Of a DNA stretch of 64,000 nt, positions 37,889 through 47,955 are shown piece after piece. The stretch is from Nibricoccus sp. (GTDB lineage Bacteria; Verrucomicrobiota; Verrucomicrobiia; Opitutales; Opitutaceae): NCBI GenBank assembly GCA_047602425.1, contig JASGHG010000001.1:2880001-2944000 (forward strand). Reading direction: 5' to 3'. The position numbers and the translations under genes were made by a program. Every line of letters starts with the position of its first letter. Position 1 is the first letter of the stretch. The notes beneath the pieces are model-generated. The model made no database searches, was not told the origin of the DNA, and was given only the letters and a program-made list of their open reading frames with translations.

Positions 37889-38620
37889 TTACTTCACCGC
37901 GGCCCAGACGCGTTGGACGTCGTCGTGGTCTTCGAGGGCTTGCAGGAAATTGCCGACGTCTTCGCGGTCGGCGTCACTGAGCTCGGGGAAGGTTTTAGCG
38001 ACATAGCCGAGTTCGGAAGTAATCACCGACCAGCCGTGTTCGCGCAGCCACACGGAAGCGGCATGGACGCCCGCGCGGTCAGTGAGAAGACGGACGCCAA
38101 TATGGTCGGCGGGAACGTCGTCGTTTTGGGCGTGGGTCAGGGTTTCGAATTCGTTGGCGCCAGCTTCGATCGCGATGGCTTCGAGGTCGGCTTTGGTGTC
38201 GGCGTGGTGGACCTCAACGATGCCGACGTGATCGAAAAGGAATTTGTTGCTACCGGCGCCGCCGAGCACGCCCTTCTTGAAGAGCACGCGCATCTCGGGC
38301 GCGGTGCGCTGGGTGTTGTCGGTCATGACCTCGACAATCACGGGTACTTTATGCGGTGCGTAGCCTTCGAAGACGACATGTTCGAGGACCATTTTATCGT
38401 CGCCGATGCCCGCGCCTTTTTTGATGGCGCGTTCGATGACATCGCGGGTGACGCTCTGTTTTCGGGCTTTTTCGCAGGCGGCGAAAAGGCGTGCGTTGGC
38501 GTTGACATCCGGTCCGCCGAGTTTGGCGGCGACGGTGATTTCTTTGACGATTTTGCCGACCGTTTGGCCTTTTTTGAGGTTAACGATGGCGCGTTTTGCG
38601 TGAAGCCATTGGCGTCCCAT
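37889..38620 (-). CDS. YebC/PmpR family protein (paralog 1)
   Basis: KEITVAAKLGG...NARL...IERAIKKG, FEGYAP, TDNTQRT, LEDHDDVQRVW. Confidence 0.93.
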   Translation of the reverse strand: MGRQWLHAKRAIVNLKKGQTVGKIVKEITVAAKLGGPDVNANARLFAACEKARKQSVTRDVIERAIKKGAGIGDDKMVLEHVVFEGYAPHKVPVIVEVMTDNTQRTAPEMRVLFKKGVLGGAGSNKFLFDHVGIVEVHHADTKADLEAIAIEAGANEFETLTHAQNDDVPADHIGVRLLTDRAGVHAASVWLREHGWSVITSELGYVAKTFPELSDADREDVGNFLQALEDHDDVQRVWAAVK

Positions 38621-38823
38621 GGCGGGAGACGTTGGCGAACCGTTTGCGCGCGCGCAATCCGGAAGGTGAGGGATGGAAGCAATTTTCGAAGGCGGTCGGT
38701 GGAAACTCCGAAATGGATTGGCGGGTTGGGATCCGGGAAGCTGCGGGTCGGCTCGAGCGGGGGCAGCCTACAGCGACTGTTTCGGCCTCTTGCCAATTGG
38801 CCATGGCGGGCTAATTTTCCGCA

Positions 38824-39357
38824 ATGCGTAATTTTTTCCTCCTTCTTTTGCTTGGCGGTTTGTTGGCTACGGTCGCGCTTGTGGTGCGTGCTGGGCTGCT
38901 CGCCCGCGAGGATCCGGGACAACCGATCAATAAGGCGATGCGCCAAGTGGTGAACGCCCGCAACGCGAAGCATTGGAGCGAAGCGGATGAAAAGTTGATC
39001 GCGGAAAAATATCCCAACGCGCAGAAAACCGAATCGGGTCTGCTCTACATCGTGACCACGCCGGGCGAAGAGGGGCCAACGCCGTCGTTTGGCTCACGTG
39101 TGACGGTGAACTATGAAGGACGTTTTCTCGACGGGCAAAAATTTGACAGCAGCTATGATCGCAAGGAGCCATTCACGTTCACCGTGGGAGTGGGGAAGGT
39201 GATCAAAGGCTGGGATGAAGCATTCCAAACGATGAAAAAGGGCGAGAAGCGCACGCTGATCGTGCCACATTGGCTGGGGTACGGCGACAAGGCACGTCCG
39301 CCGATCCCGCCGCGAGCGACCCTGGTATTTGACGTGGAACTCGTTTCGTTTCGCTGA
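38824..39357 (+). CDS. FKBP-type peptidyl-prolyl cis-trans isomerase
   Basis: TESGL, VNYEGRFLDGQKFDSS, VIKGWDE, LGYG, IPPRATLVFDVEL. Confidence 0.95.
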   Translation: MRNFFLLLLLGGLLATVALVVRAGLLAREDPGQPINKAMRQVVNARNAKHWSEADEKLIAEKYPNAQKTESGLLYIVTTPGEEGPTPSFGSRVTVNYEGRFLDGQKFDSSYDRKEPFTFTVGVGKVIKGWDEAFQTMKKGEKRTLIVPHWLGYGDKARPPIPPRATLVFDVELVSFR

Positions 39358-39404
39358 AACGTGTTTCTTTCGTGGTGGTATAGAATGGTTTGGCTGCGGA
39401 GAAA

Positions 39405-41918
39405 CTAGTAGCGTTTTGACGGGATGACCTTGCGGCCGCGTCGGCAGCCGCGCCAGACAAAGAGCACGGTGGCGAGAGCGGATAACCAGGGATTGATGGC
39501 GCCGCCGCCTCCGCCCTTGGCGGGAGGTGGTGGTTGGCTGCCCGAGCTGGAAGACGAACTGCTGCTACTCGACGAGGACGAAGAAGAACTCGAACTGCTC
39601 GACGAGGAACTGGACGACGAGGACGAAGAACTTGAAGAGGATGAGCTCGAAGACGATGAGGAGGAACTGCTGGAAGACGACGATCCGAGCGCCGTGATCC
39701 ACGAAGTCACGAGTGCAATGTCGGTGTTGTCGAGTTCGGTGCTGGCAAGCGGAGGCATCTGTCCGGGGCCGCGCGTGCCGATTTTGGTCAGCAGCATGGA
39801 GAGTGCGGTATTGCCCGGGACGATCACGCGGGCGGCAGGATTGCCGCCGTTGTTGACGAGAGGGCCATTGATCAGGCCGGCGCTGCCGGTGGGTGTTTCG
39901 ATGCGAGCGTCCCAGTTGCCAAGGGCGGCGCCGCCGGGCTGGTGACAGGAAATACAGTTGGCCGCGAGATACGAGCGCACGCGGAATTCGAGCGGCGCGG
40001 ATGTGTCGGAGGCCGGGGCGAGCGCGTACATCGTGCTCAGGACCGGAAGTGTGGTGGTGGTGAAATATCCCGCGTTGTTTAGCGCAGTCAGCTGGTTGGC
40101 GGAACCGCTGGGATAATTGAAGACGTGGTTGAGCTGGGGAGTGTTGAAACTCAGGGCGTGGCCGGCGACGGCGGTGTGGCATTGCAGGCATTCGGAGCGG
40201 CTGGGATAGCGCCAGGTTTGGGTGCGCATCGTGCCATTGTCATTGATGGCGATGCTCTCGGTTTCGCCGGCTTCGGCCACGAGCGTAGCTTCGGTTTGCG
40301 CGATATTCCAACGATAGGTCACGCCATAAACGCCGCTCGCGGTTTTCACGAGGAAGCGGGTTTCAAGGCGGCGCGAGCTGGACGGGACACCGCGGGTGGT
40401 TTCCAGATCAAAGTGTTTGATCCAAACCGTGCCTGCGGGAAAAGTCCAATTGTCGTCCGGTTGAAAAGTGATCTTGTCGGCGAGCGCGGGCACGCTGAAC
40501 CAGCGGCGTTTGATCGCATAGTCGGACCAGAAAGAGACGTTGGGTTCGTAAGGCACGATGCCGGCGTGGGGTGTAAGCGTGGCAAGATCGGAAAATGCTC
40601 CGGTGGCGCTCAGCGTGGCGGGGAGCGGCGTTCCCGTGGGCGTGGAATTATAAATGAGGCGGCGGATGGCGCCGGTGCCGATGCTGGCGTAAAGGACATC
40701 TCCATTGCGGGGATCGAGGCCGAAGCCGACGGGCGTGGAATCGTTGAACAATGTCTGCACCTGCACAGGACCGCTGGCAGGAAATGTCATGAGGAAGATG
40801 CGATTGGTTCCGTAATCGCCGAAAACGTATTTCCCAAAAAGTTGGGAAAAGCGACTGCCCCGGTAGACGACGCCGCCGGTGATCGAGGAGGCGGTGGAAC
40901 GATCGGTGTCCCAAATCGGATCGATAAAATTGGCGCTGGCGGGTGGGTTGGCGCGCGGCCCGGCGATGGTGCCCTCGCGATAATTCCAGCCGTAGTCTCC
41001 GCCTTTGGTGATGAGGTCGATTTCCTCACGCGCACCCTGTCCGACGTCGCCGAGAAGAAGTCGCCCAGTGGCATCATCGAAGGAAAAACGCCAGGGGTTG
41101 CGCAATCCGACGGCCCAGAATTCCGTATGGACGCTGGTTGGAGTAACCGTGACGCCATTGAAGGAAGTGGCGCCGACGAACGGGTTGTCCGCAGGGACCT
41201 TGTAAGTGCCGGCGTGGACGGAGGGGTGGGAGTTGGGTGTGAGGTTGGAAGCGAGTTGATCCACGTCGATGCGCAGGAGGCCGGAGAAGAAATCTTTGTC
41301 GATGCGCTGGCTGTTGTTGCGCGAATCGTTGCTGTCACCCTCGTCGCCAAGTGCGACATAGAGATAGCCATCAGAGCCGAAATGAAGATCGCCGCCGTTG
41401 TGGTTGCTGGCCTCGTCATACTGCGAAATCATGGGAACTTCGGTGGCGAGGATGTCGGCATTGGTTGCGGGAGCGGCGAGCGCAGTGAAACGCGAGAGGC
41501 GGTCGTGACGCCCGGAGCCGGCCGAAGTCGTGGCGGTGCAAGTATAGAAGACGTAAAAGTAGCGATTGGTGGCGAAATTCGGATGGAACGCGAGGCCGAG
41601 CAGGCCCTCTTCGCCGCTCGTGAGCGTGCGGGCACTGATGTCGAAGAAGAGTTGTTTGGCCGGGGTGGAGGCAAGACCGGTGACGGCCTGGATGGTGCCG
41701 GTTTTTTCCACAACGAAGAGCCGGTCGGTTTCGCCTGGTGCTGTGGCGATGGCAAGTGGTTGGCTAAACGTCAGACCGGGAAACGCCGCCTCGGCGGTGT
41801 AGCCGAAGGATTGCGGATTCTGCGGCAGGGCGAGCGTGGTGTTGGCGACACGGGTGATCTGGGCGGCGGCGTGGAGAGATGCGAGCAGCACCGCCAGGGT
41901 GGTCAGAATAAAACGCAT
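39405..41918 (-). CDS. Secreted PQQ-dependent sugar dehydrogenase (GSDH propeller) with two heme-c motifs, poly-Ser linker and GlyGly-CTERM-like anchor
   Basis: EEGLLGLAFHP, HNGG, LRID, GLRNPWRFSFD, DVGQ, YGW; CLQCH and CISCH; 47 consecutive Ser; GGGGGAINPWLSALATVLFVWRGCRRGRK. Confidence 0.9.
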   Translation of the reverse strand: MRFILTTLAVLLASLHAAAQITRVANTTLALPQNPQSFGYTAEAAFPGLTFSQPLAIATAPGETDRLFVVEKTGTIQAVTGLASTPAKQLFFDISARTLTSGEEGLLGLAFHPNFATNRYFYVFYTCTATTSAGSGRHDRLSRFTALAAPATNADILATEVPMISQYDEASNHNGGDLHFGSDGYLYVALGDEGDSNDSRNNSQRIDKDFFSGLLRIDVDQLASNLTPNSHPSVHAGTYKVPADNPFVGATSFNGVTVTPTSVHTEFWAVGLRNPWRFSFDDATGRLLLGDVGQGAREEIDLITKGGDYGWNYREGTIAGPRANPPASANFIDPIWDTDRSTASSITGGVVYRGSRFSQLFGKYVFGDYGTNRIFLMTFPASGPVQVQTLFNDSTPVGFGLDPRNGDVLYASIGTGAIRRLIYNSTPTGTPLPATLSATGAFSDLATLTPHAGIVPYEPNVSFWSDYAIKRRWFSVPALADKITFQPDDNWTFPAGTVWIKHFDLETTRGVPSSSRRLETRFLVKTASGVYGVTYRWNIAQTEATLVAEAGETESIAINDNGTMRTQTWRYPSRSECLQCHTAVAGHALSFNTPQLNHVFNYPSGSANQLTALNNAGYFTTTTLPVLSTMYALAPASDTSAPLEFRVRSYLAANCISCHQPGGAALGNWDARIETPTGSAGLINGPLVNNGGNPAARVIVPGNTALSMLLTKIGTRGPGQMPPLASTELDNTDIALVTSWITALGSSSSSSSSSSSSSSSSSSSSSSSSSSSSSSSSSSSSSSSSSSSSSSSGSQPPPPAKGGGGGAINPWLSALATVLFVWRGCRRGRKVIPSKRY
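39543..39683 (-). repeat. Poly-serine tract (47 Ser) encoded by mixed codons
   Basis: 141 nt using TCN and AGY codons with no simple tandem unit. Confidence 0.9.
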
Positions 41919-42079
41919 GCGACAAGAAAGGCGTGTGGCTGTGAAAGACAAACGCCCGATCGCGGTTCGAGGCCGGACGGGGTCCCAAACAACTCACTAT
42001 CAACAGCGCGATGTAAAGGGATTGCGAAAGCTTGCTTCCTGATCCCCCGGATTCTGACGGCGCGAAAGCGCTGCGGCAG

Positions 42080-42811
42080 TCAAAGGCCGAGCAGGCTGCC
42101 ATTCTGTTTGATCCAACGTTCGGCGTCGCGCCAGGCGGGACAAACTTCCTCCACGCGAGCCCAGAAGCGGTCGGAGTGGTTCATTTCCCGCAGGTGCATG
42201 AGCTCATGATAGATGATGTAGTCACGAACTGAATACGGCGTTTGCACCAGGCGCCAGTTGAGCGAAATCACGCCGCCCGAGGAACAGGAACCCCAGCGCG
42301 AACGCTGGTTGCGCACGGAGACTTCCTTCACTTCGACGCCGGTTTCGGCCGCGAGCTCCCAAGTGCGGCCGGGAAGCTCGATTTTGGCCACGCGCAGGAA
42401 ATGGGCTTCGAGGGTGGGGCGCAGGTCGCCTTGAAGCTGCGAAACGCGGAAAACATCGGCCGCGAGACAGACGCGAGGCTTGTCGCCTTCGATGGCGGCG
42501 CGAACCTCAACCATTTCTCCCCGCCAGAGCACGTGGGTGCCAAGCGTCCAGACGGTCGCGCCGCGAGGGCGAAGTTTTTGGCGTTCGCGCGTGCGCTCGA
42601 GCCAGTCGCGATGTTGGTCGACGAAAGCGCGGGCTTCGCGTTCGTTGCCGCGAGCGGGGATGGTGGCGACGGCGACGCCATCGCGACGAAGCGTGAGGCG
42701 ATAACGATCCGCGCGGAGGCTCCGCTGAAAAACAATGTCTGGCGGGCCCTTGTGCACGCCGGATTCCGGCGTGAAGGTGTCGAACAGGCTTTGCTGGATT
42801 TCGTCGCTCAC
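42080..42811 (-). CDS. M48/YgjP (DUF45) family zinc-dependent hydrolase
   Basis: QRSRWGSCS, ISLNWRL, DYIIYHELMHLREMNHSDRFW. Confidence 0.92.
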   Translation of the reverse strand: MSDEIQQSLFDTFTPESGVHKGPPDIVFQRSLRADRYRLTLRRDGVAVATIPARGNEREARAFVDQHRDWLERTRERQKLRPRGATVWTLGTHVLWRGEMVEVRAAIEGDKPRVCLAADVFRVSQLQGDLRPTLEAHFLRVAKIELPGRTWELAAETGVEVKEVSVRNQRSRWGSCSSGGVISLNWRLVQTPYSVRDYIIYHELMHLREMNHSDRFWARVEEVCPAWRDAERWIKQNGSLLGL

Positions 42812-42864
42812 TGGTCGATGAGTGAACCCATCGCAGGCGTCGACGCCAGCAGTTTGTAGAGGAG

Positions 42865-43566
42865 TTAGTCTTGAAGTCCCGCAAACCAGCGTCCGATGCG
42901 CGGCATGAGGTGGCGCTCGGTGTCGAAGGAGAGCACGACATTGTTGGCGCGGCCGATGATTTTTTCGCGCGGGACGGTGCCAAAATAGCGGGAGTCGAAA
43001 CTGTTGTCGCGATTGTCGCCCATCATGAAGTAGTGGCCGGCTGGCACGGTGGTTTCGGGGAAATCTCGCATGGACGGCTGTCCGGCGAGCTGCATCAGCG
43101 AATGACTCACCGTTCCAAGTTTTTCAGTGGTGACACGCGCGTTTTGTTTTTCGAGTGGCGTGGCGTAGACGCGCCAATTCTCGGATGCGACACTCCAGGG
43201 AACGACCTGGCCGTTGATCACGAGTTGATTTGCGTGCAGGGCAATGCGATCGCCGGGCAGACCGATCACGCGCTTGACGAGTCGTGTCCCATCGAGAGGG
43301 GAGAAAAACACGGCGACATCGCCGCGTTGTGGGCTGGCCCATTCGGTGAGGTGTACCGTGGTGAACGGAACTTTCAGGTCGTAGGCGAGCTTGTTGATGA
43401 AAACGAGTTCGCCTTCGAGGATGGTGGGCCGCATGGAGCCGGACGGGACCCAATTCCAATCGGCAAAAGACGATTTGACGGGCAATACGATGGCGGCGAC
43501 GACCAGCAGCGGTTTGAGCCATTCTTTCCAGAGGTAACGCGTGGCGGAACGGAGAAGTTTTTTCAT
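42865..43566 (-). CDS. lepB: Signal peptidase I
   Basis: VPSGSMRPT, RGDV, VKRVIGLPGD, MMGDNRDNSFDSRYFG. Confidence 0.95.
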   Translation of the reverse strand: MKKLLRSATRYLWKEWLKPLLVVAAIVLPVKSSFADWNWVPSGSMRPTILEGELVFINKLAYDLKVPFTTVHLTEWASPQRGDVAVFFSPLDGTRLVKRVIGLPGDRIALHANQLVINGQVVPWSVASENWRVYATPLEKQNARVTTEKLGTVSHSLMQLAGQPSMRDFPETTVPAGHYFMMGDNRDNSFDSRYFGTVPREKIIGRANNVVLSFDTERHLMPRIGRWFAGLQD

Positions 43567-43589
43567 GACGCGATCAACACTGAGAGTGT

Positions 43590-44030
43590 TTACAGCGGCA
43601 CAAGTTCCCACGTGTATTGCTTTGGCTCTTCGTGAAAATGCAACCACCCGAAACTGGGCCCCCAGCCGCGATTGGGGCGGGAGACGCAGCCGGGATTAAG
43701 CCAGCGCACGCCGCCAAGTTGTTCGTCGCGCGGCACGTGGGTATGACCATGCATAATCACATCGCAGTGCAGAGGCGGATGTGGCGGCGGGATGTGCTCA
43801 AGATGAAAATGCACGCCATTGCGCCGAAGATTAAGCGTGAGCGGCCATTCGTCGTTGGTGTCATTATTGCCGAGAACAACCCGGATCGGGCGCCGAAGAA
43901 TCTCCAGCGACGTAATAACACTGGGGTTGCAAACGTCGCCGAGGTGCCAGATCTCGTCGGCTGGCGCCAGATGGTAGAGAAGTTTTTTGGGGAAACTATT
44001 GTGCGTGTCGGCGATGACCGCGATATGCAT
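43590..44030 (-). CDS. YfcE-like metallophosphoesterase
   Basis: IADTH, HLGD, GNND, HGHTH, NPG. Confidence 0.92.
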   Translation of the reverse strand: MHIAVIADTHNSFPKKLLYHLAPADEIWHLGDVCNPSVITSLEILRRPIRVVLGNNDTNDEWPLTLNLRRNGVHFHLEHIPPPHPPLHCDVIMHGHTHVPRDEQLGGVRWLNPGCVSRPNRGWGPSFGWLHFHEEPKQYTWELVPL

Positions 44031-44277
44031 CGCATACTCAAGAAAAGTGCCTTACCGCGGAATCAAGGCAAAACAGAATACAAAAGCGCGAATGCTTTTC
44101 CCTGCTTGCCCATCTCGAACGCCTGCAAGGAGAAAACGACCGCGTTTACTGGTACGCTTTGGCCGGCTCGGCTAAATTTCGTTAGCCGCGACCAGCCCGG
44201 GCCCGATCTTCGCAAACCGCGCCTTGACACCGGTCGCCGGGTCCAGTCATCTCTCAACTCTTTTTCCTTTAACAACC

Positions 44278-44415
44278 ATGCAACCAACATTCCGCCCACA
44301 CCGCCTGAAGCGCGCCCGCAAGATCGGCTTTCGCGCCCGCAAGTCCACCGTCAGCGGCCGCAAAGTGCTCGCCAATCGTCGCCGCAAAGGCCGCAAGCGC
44401 CTGACTGTTGTCTGA
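44278..44415 (+). CDS. rpmH: 50S ribosomal protein L34
   Basis: [45 protein letters not shown]. Confidence 0.97.
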   Translation: MQPTFRPHRLKRARKIGFRARKSTVSGRKVLANRRRKGRKRLTVV

Positions 44416-44453
44416 TTCCGGCATTCGCTCACGACGGCACTCTTTCCTGCGCC

Positions 44454-44869
44454 ATGCGATTTCGTGCCGAGCAACATTTGCGCCGGCAAAGCGATTTTCG
44501 CAATGCCCGCGAGAAAGGCCGCCGTCTGGACTGTGGCGCGTTCACCCTTTGGTGGTACAAGCGCCCCTCTGATCTAACGGGCGAGCCAGCGTCTGCACTT
44601 GATAACGCAGAGCAGGTTGCGCCCTCGATTCCTGTGCAAGGTCCGCGCGTAGGCGTTATCGCTTCGACGATGCCGCAGTCGGCAAGGCGGTCAAACGCAA
44701 CCGCGCCAAACGCCGCATGCGCGCCATCTTTTGCCAGCATCAAAATCTCGTTCCGGCGGATCATGATTTGCTCATGATCGCTCGCAACGCCCTCAACCGG
44801 CTCGAATACCGCCAGATCGAACAGAAGTTCGTCGACGCGTGCCGCAAAATTTTTCCTCCGGCACCGTGA
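44454..44869 (+). pseudogene. rnpA: Ribonuclease P protein component with frameshift near 44670 (probably an assembly error)
   Basis: MRFRAEQHLRRQSDF...PRVGVIAST in one frame, then AAVGKAVKRNRAKRRMRAIF (RNR motif) in the shifted frame to TGA 44869; canonical position between rpmH and yidD. Confidence 0.9.
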
Positions 44870-45282
44870 AATCTGGCGATTCACCCTTTGTCATCCAGAC
44901 CGCAGTGGAAGATCCAACCGGATTCCGCAGGGGGCGACTTTCTGGATTTTCCGCCACGCTTAGAATGGCAACGAGGATGCTCATTCGACTACCCGCGCTG
45001 CCTTTGTTGGCGCTCATTTGGATTTATCAGCGGGGAATTTCTCCTTCCATTCCCGCGCTCTTCGGGCCGACCTGCAGTTGCCGTTATTACCCGACCTGCT
45101 CGCACTACGCCGCCGAGGCGCTGCGCACGCACGGAGTTTTCCTCGGCATCTTTTTTGCGGCGCGACGCCTGTTGCGCTGCACGCCCTTTCACCCGGGCGG
45201 CAACGACCCTGTACCCGAAGCCGGCGTGCTGCGTCGTGTTTGCCAGCGGGTGCGCGACCACCGTCAAGTTTCCTCTGCTTAA
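44866..45282 (+). CDS. yidD: Membrane protein insertion efficiency factor
   Basis: [39 protein letters not shown]; start uncertain (GTG 44866 or ATG 44965/44977). Confidence 0.92.
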   Translation: MKSGDSPFVIQTAVEDPTGFRRGRLSGFSATLRMATRMLIRLPALPLLALIWIYQRGISPSIPALFGPTCSCRYYPTCSHYAAEALRTHGVFLGIFFAARRLLRCTPFHPGGNDPVPEAGVLRRVCQRVRDHRQVSSA

Positions 45283-45294
45283 ACTCATTTTTTC

Positions 45295-47118
45295 ATGGAT
45301 AAAAAGAACACCATCATCGGCGTCCTGTTGATCGTCGCGGCGATCGCCGCTTTTGTTTTTGGCCCGAAAGCCCCGCAGCGCGCGGTGCCCGCGGCGCCGC
45401 AGCCCGCCGCCACCGCCTCCAGCCCATCCGCTCCCGGCACGGCGGTCCCAGCCATATCGACGGTCGCGCCCTCCAACGCCGCGTTTGCGGCCGTGGTGCA
45501 AGAGAATGGTTCGTCCCAAATCGTCACGCTTTCCAACGACTACATTGAAGTCGCCTTCACCGATCACGGTGGCGCGATTCGTGACGTCGGCCTGAAGAAA
45601 TACCCGGCCGTCAAGGACAAGCCCGAGCTCTACCATATCAACCAATTTCACGCCGATCCAATCCTCGCCTTCACGCAAGATACGTTCCCGGGGCTCGACC
45701 GCACGGTGCGCTACCAAATCGTCTCGCAGACGGCCAACGAAGTGGTTTTCCGCGCGGTCTTTGAAAACCGTATCGAAGTCACGCGACGTTACACCCTCGC
45801 CCCCAGCGACGTGGCCAAGGATAAAGGCGACCCTTACCAGCTCCGTCACGAAACCGTCTTCCGCAACCTGACCGACCAGATGATCGTGCTGCCCAAGGCC
45901 GCACTGAGTCTCGGCACCGCCGCGCTGCTCGACGTGAACGACGTGGGCCAGTATTTGAACGTTGGATACTACACGGGCAAGGATTACGAAACCATCAGTC
46001 AAACGGCGCTGGCTGGCGGTGGCTTCCTCGGCTTTGGCCGCAAGGACCCTCTGCCGTCGATCGAGCGCTCGACACCGGTCGTATGGGCTTCGGTGAAAAA
46101 TCAATTTTTTGCCAGCATCGTGACGCCCGACCAGCCGGCGGTTGGCACCGTGACGCGCCGCGTCGAGTTCGCCCCGTTTCCCGGCAGTTCGCGCGCGAAC
46201 ATCGGTCTTGCCGGTGCCATCCGGTTCGATACGCAGACGCTTTCGCCCGGTACCGAAGTTAAACTCGGCATGGGACTCTACGTTGGCCCGCGCGAATACA
46301 AGCGCCTCTCCAATACTGCAGTGTTCAAGCAGGACCAGGACAAGGCGATGGACTACTCGAGCTTCTTCTTTAATCGCATTTTCCTTTCCGGCTATTTCGC
46401 ACCGTTGATGAACAGCCTGATCAATTGGACCGCTTCCTGGGTGCACAATTGGGGACTCGCCATCATCCTTGGCACGCTGCTGATCAAAATCGCCTCGTTG
46501 CCTTTCACGCTTGCCGCCGCCAAGAGCGCGAAGCGCATGCAGAAACTCCAGCCGCTGATGGCCGCGATCAAGGAGAAGTACAAAGACAATCCCCAGAAGA
46601 TGCAGCAGGCGAATCTCGAACTCTTCCGTGAACACAAGGTCAACCCGCTCGGCAGCTGCCTGCCCGTGTTGATTCCGTTCCCATTCTTCATCGGTTTCTT
46701 CGCCATGCTTTCGAGCGCGCCCGAACTGCGCTTTGCTTCTTTCCTTTGGGTCGATAATCTCGCCGGTCCCGACACCGTCTGGACCATTCCGGGAATAAAT
46801 TTCCCGATTAACATTTTGCCGCTCCTTCTCGGCGTTACGATGATCGTGCAGATGAAGCTCGTGCCGCAGCCGAGCATGGACACCGATCAAGCCAAGATGA
46901 TGGCGAAGATGATGAAGTGGATGCCGCTGATCTATGTGGTGATCTGCTATAATTTCTCCTGCGCCCTCGCGCTCTATTCGACGTTCAATGGTCTCTTTAC
47001 CATCGGCCAGCAGCTCTACATCAACAGCAAGAAAGATCCGGAGCCGGCGGTGGCCGTTGCATCTGCTGGCGGTCGTGGAATGAAGAACGTGACACCGACA
47101 AAAAAGAACCGTAAGTAA
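45295..47118 (+). CDS. yidC: Membrane protein insertase
   Basis: YVGP, NWGLAII, MQKLQP...KEKYKDNPQK, VNPLGSCLP, ELRFASFLWV-x-NL. Confidence 0.96.
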   Translation: MDKKNTIIGVLLIVAAIAAFVFGPKAPQRAVPAAPQPAATASSPSAPGTAVPAISTVAPSNAAFAAVVQENGSSQIVTLSNDYIEVAFTDHGGAIRDVGLKKYPAVKDKPELYHINQFHADPILAFTQDTFPGLDRTVRYQIVSQTANEVVFRAVFENRIEVTRRYTLAPSDVAKDKGDPYQLRHETVFRNLTDQMIVLPKAALSLGTAALLDVNDVGQYLNVGYYTGKDYETISQTALAGGGFLGFGRKDPLPSIERSTPVVWASVKNQFFASIVTPDQPAVGTVTRRVEFAPFPGSSRANIGLAGAIRFDTQTLSPGTEVKLGMGLYVGPREYKRLSNTAVFKQDQDKAMDYSSFFFNRIFLSGYFAPLMNSLINWTASWVHNWGLAIILGTLLIKIASLPFTLAAAKSAKRMQKLQPLMAAIKEKYKDNPQKMQQANLELFREHKVNPLGSCLPVLIPFPFFIGFFAMLSSAPELRFASFLWVDNLAGPDTVWTIPGINFPINILPLLLGVTMIVQMKLVPQPSMDTDQAKMMAKMMKWMPLIYVVICYNFSCALALYSTFNGLFTIGQQLYINSKKDPEPAVAVASAGGRGMKNVTPTKKNRK

Positions 47119-47202
47119 TCGATCGTTTTGTTGGCCCCCTGCGAGCGACGCATTTCCGTCGCTCGCGACCTCAACTTAAAGCTTCTTACTTAAACTCGCC
47201 CC

Positions 47203-47955
47203 ATGGCCGGCCATAATAAGTGGTCCAAAGTCAAACGCCTGAAAGCCGTCACCGACGCCCGCAAGGGCAAGGTGTTTTCCCGTATCTCCCGTGACATTAC
47301 ACTCGCAGCCAAGTCCGGCGGCGGCGATCCCGACGGCAACGCGCGTCTGCGCACACTGCTGCTCAAAGCTCGCGAGGCCAACATGCCCGTCGACAACGTC
47401 GACCGGGCGATCAAAAAAGGCACGGGCGAACTGCCCGGCGTAGTCATTGAGGAAATCACTTACGAAGGTTACGGGCCCGGCGGCGTCGGCCTGATCGTGA
47501 AAGTCACGACCGACAACAAACAGCGCGCGGCCCAGGAAGTGCGTTCGATCTTTGCCCGTTGGGGTGGCAACCTCGCCAGCACCGGCGCGGTGTCATTCCA
47601 GTTTCTCCATGCTGGTCAATTCCTTATCGCCAAGGAAAAGACAACCGAGGACAAGCTGATGGAAATTGCGCTCGAAGCCGGCGCCGACGATGTGGTGACG
47701 ACCGACGAGGGGTATGAAGTCCGCTGCGACGTGCATGCCTTCGACAAGGTCAGCCACGCGCTCGATACCGCGGGCATCAAAGCCGAATCAGCTGAAATCG
47801 CCTACATACCCAAGGTGACCGTGCCGGTCGCGGACGTCGCTGTGGCCAAAACACTGGTGAAATTGCACGACGCGCTCGACGAGCAGGACGACGTGCAGGC
47901 CGTTTTCTCGAACGAGGAGATGGACGAAGCCACCAGCGCAGCGGCGCACGGATGA
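47203..47955 (+). CDS. yebC: YebC/PmpR family protein (paralog 2, canonical N-terminus)
   Basis: MAGHNKWSKVK, YEGYGPGGV, TDNKQR, LEAGADD, DDVQAVFSN. Confidence 0.93.
   Translation: MAGHNKWSKVKRLKAVTDARKGKVFSRISRDITLAAKSGGGDPDGNARLRTLLLKAREANMPVDNVDRAIKKGTGELPGVVIEEITYEGYGPGGVGLIVKVTTDNKQRAAQEVRSIFARWGGNLASTGAVSFQFLHAGQFLIAKEKTTEDKLMEIALEAGADDVVTTDEGYEVRCDVHAFDKVSHALDTAGIKAESAEIAYIPKVTVPVADVAVAKTLVKLHDALDEQDDVQAVFSNEEMDEATSAAAHG

Noticed and set aside
40125..42209. 694-aa plus-strand ORF, and the D/E-rich ORF at 39424-39945
   Set aside because: Antisense shadows of the dehydrogenase gene. The acidic run is the poly-Ser tract read on the other strand, and no motifs are present.
44030..44277. 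oriC/dnaA expected upstream of rpmH
   Set aside because: The upstream gene is a metallophosphoesterase and no DnaA-box cluster was seen.
43617..44777. 386-aa plus-strand ORF
   Set aside because: A chimera of antisense/non-coding sequence and the first half of frameshifted rnpA; it overlaps rpmH in another frame.
44989..46890. 633-aa minus-strand ORF
   Set aside because: Codon-register shadow of yidC, typical of high-GC DNA.
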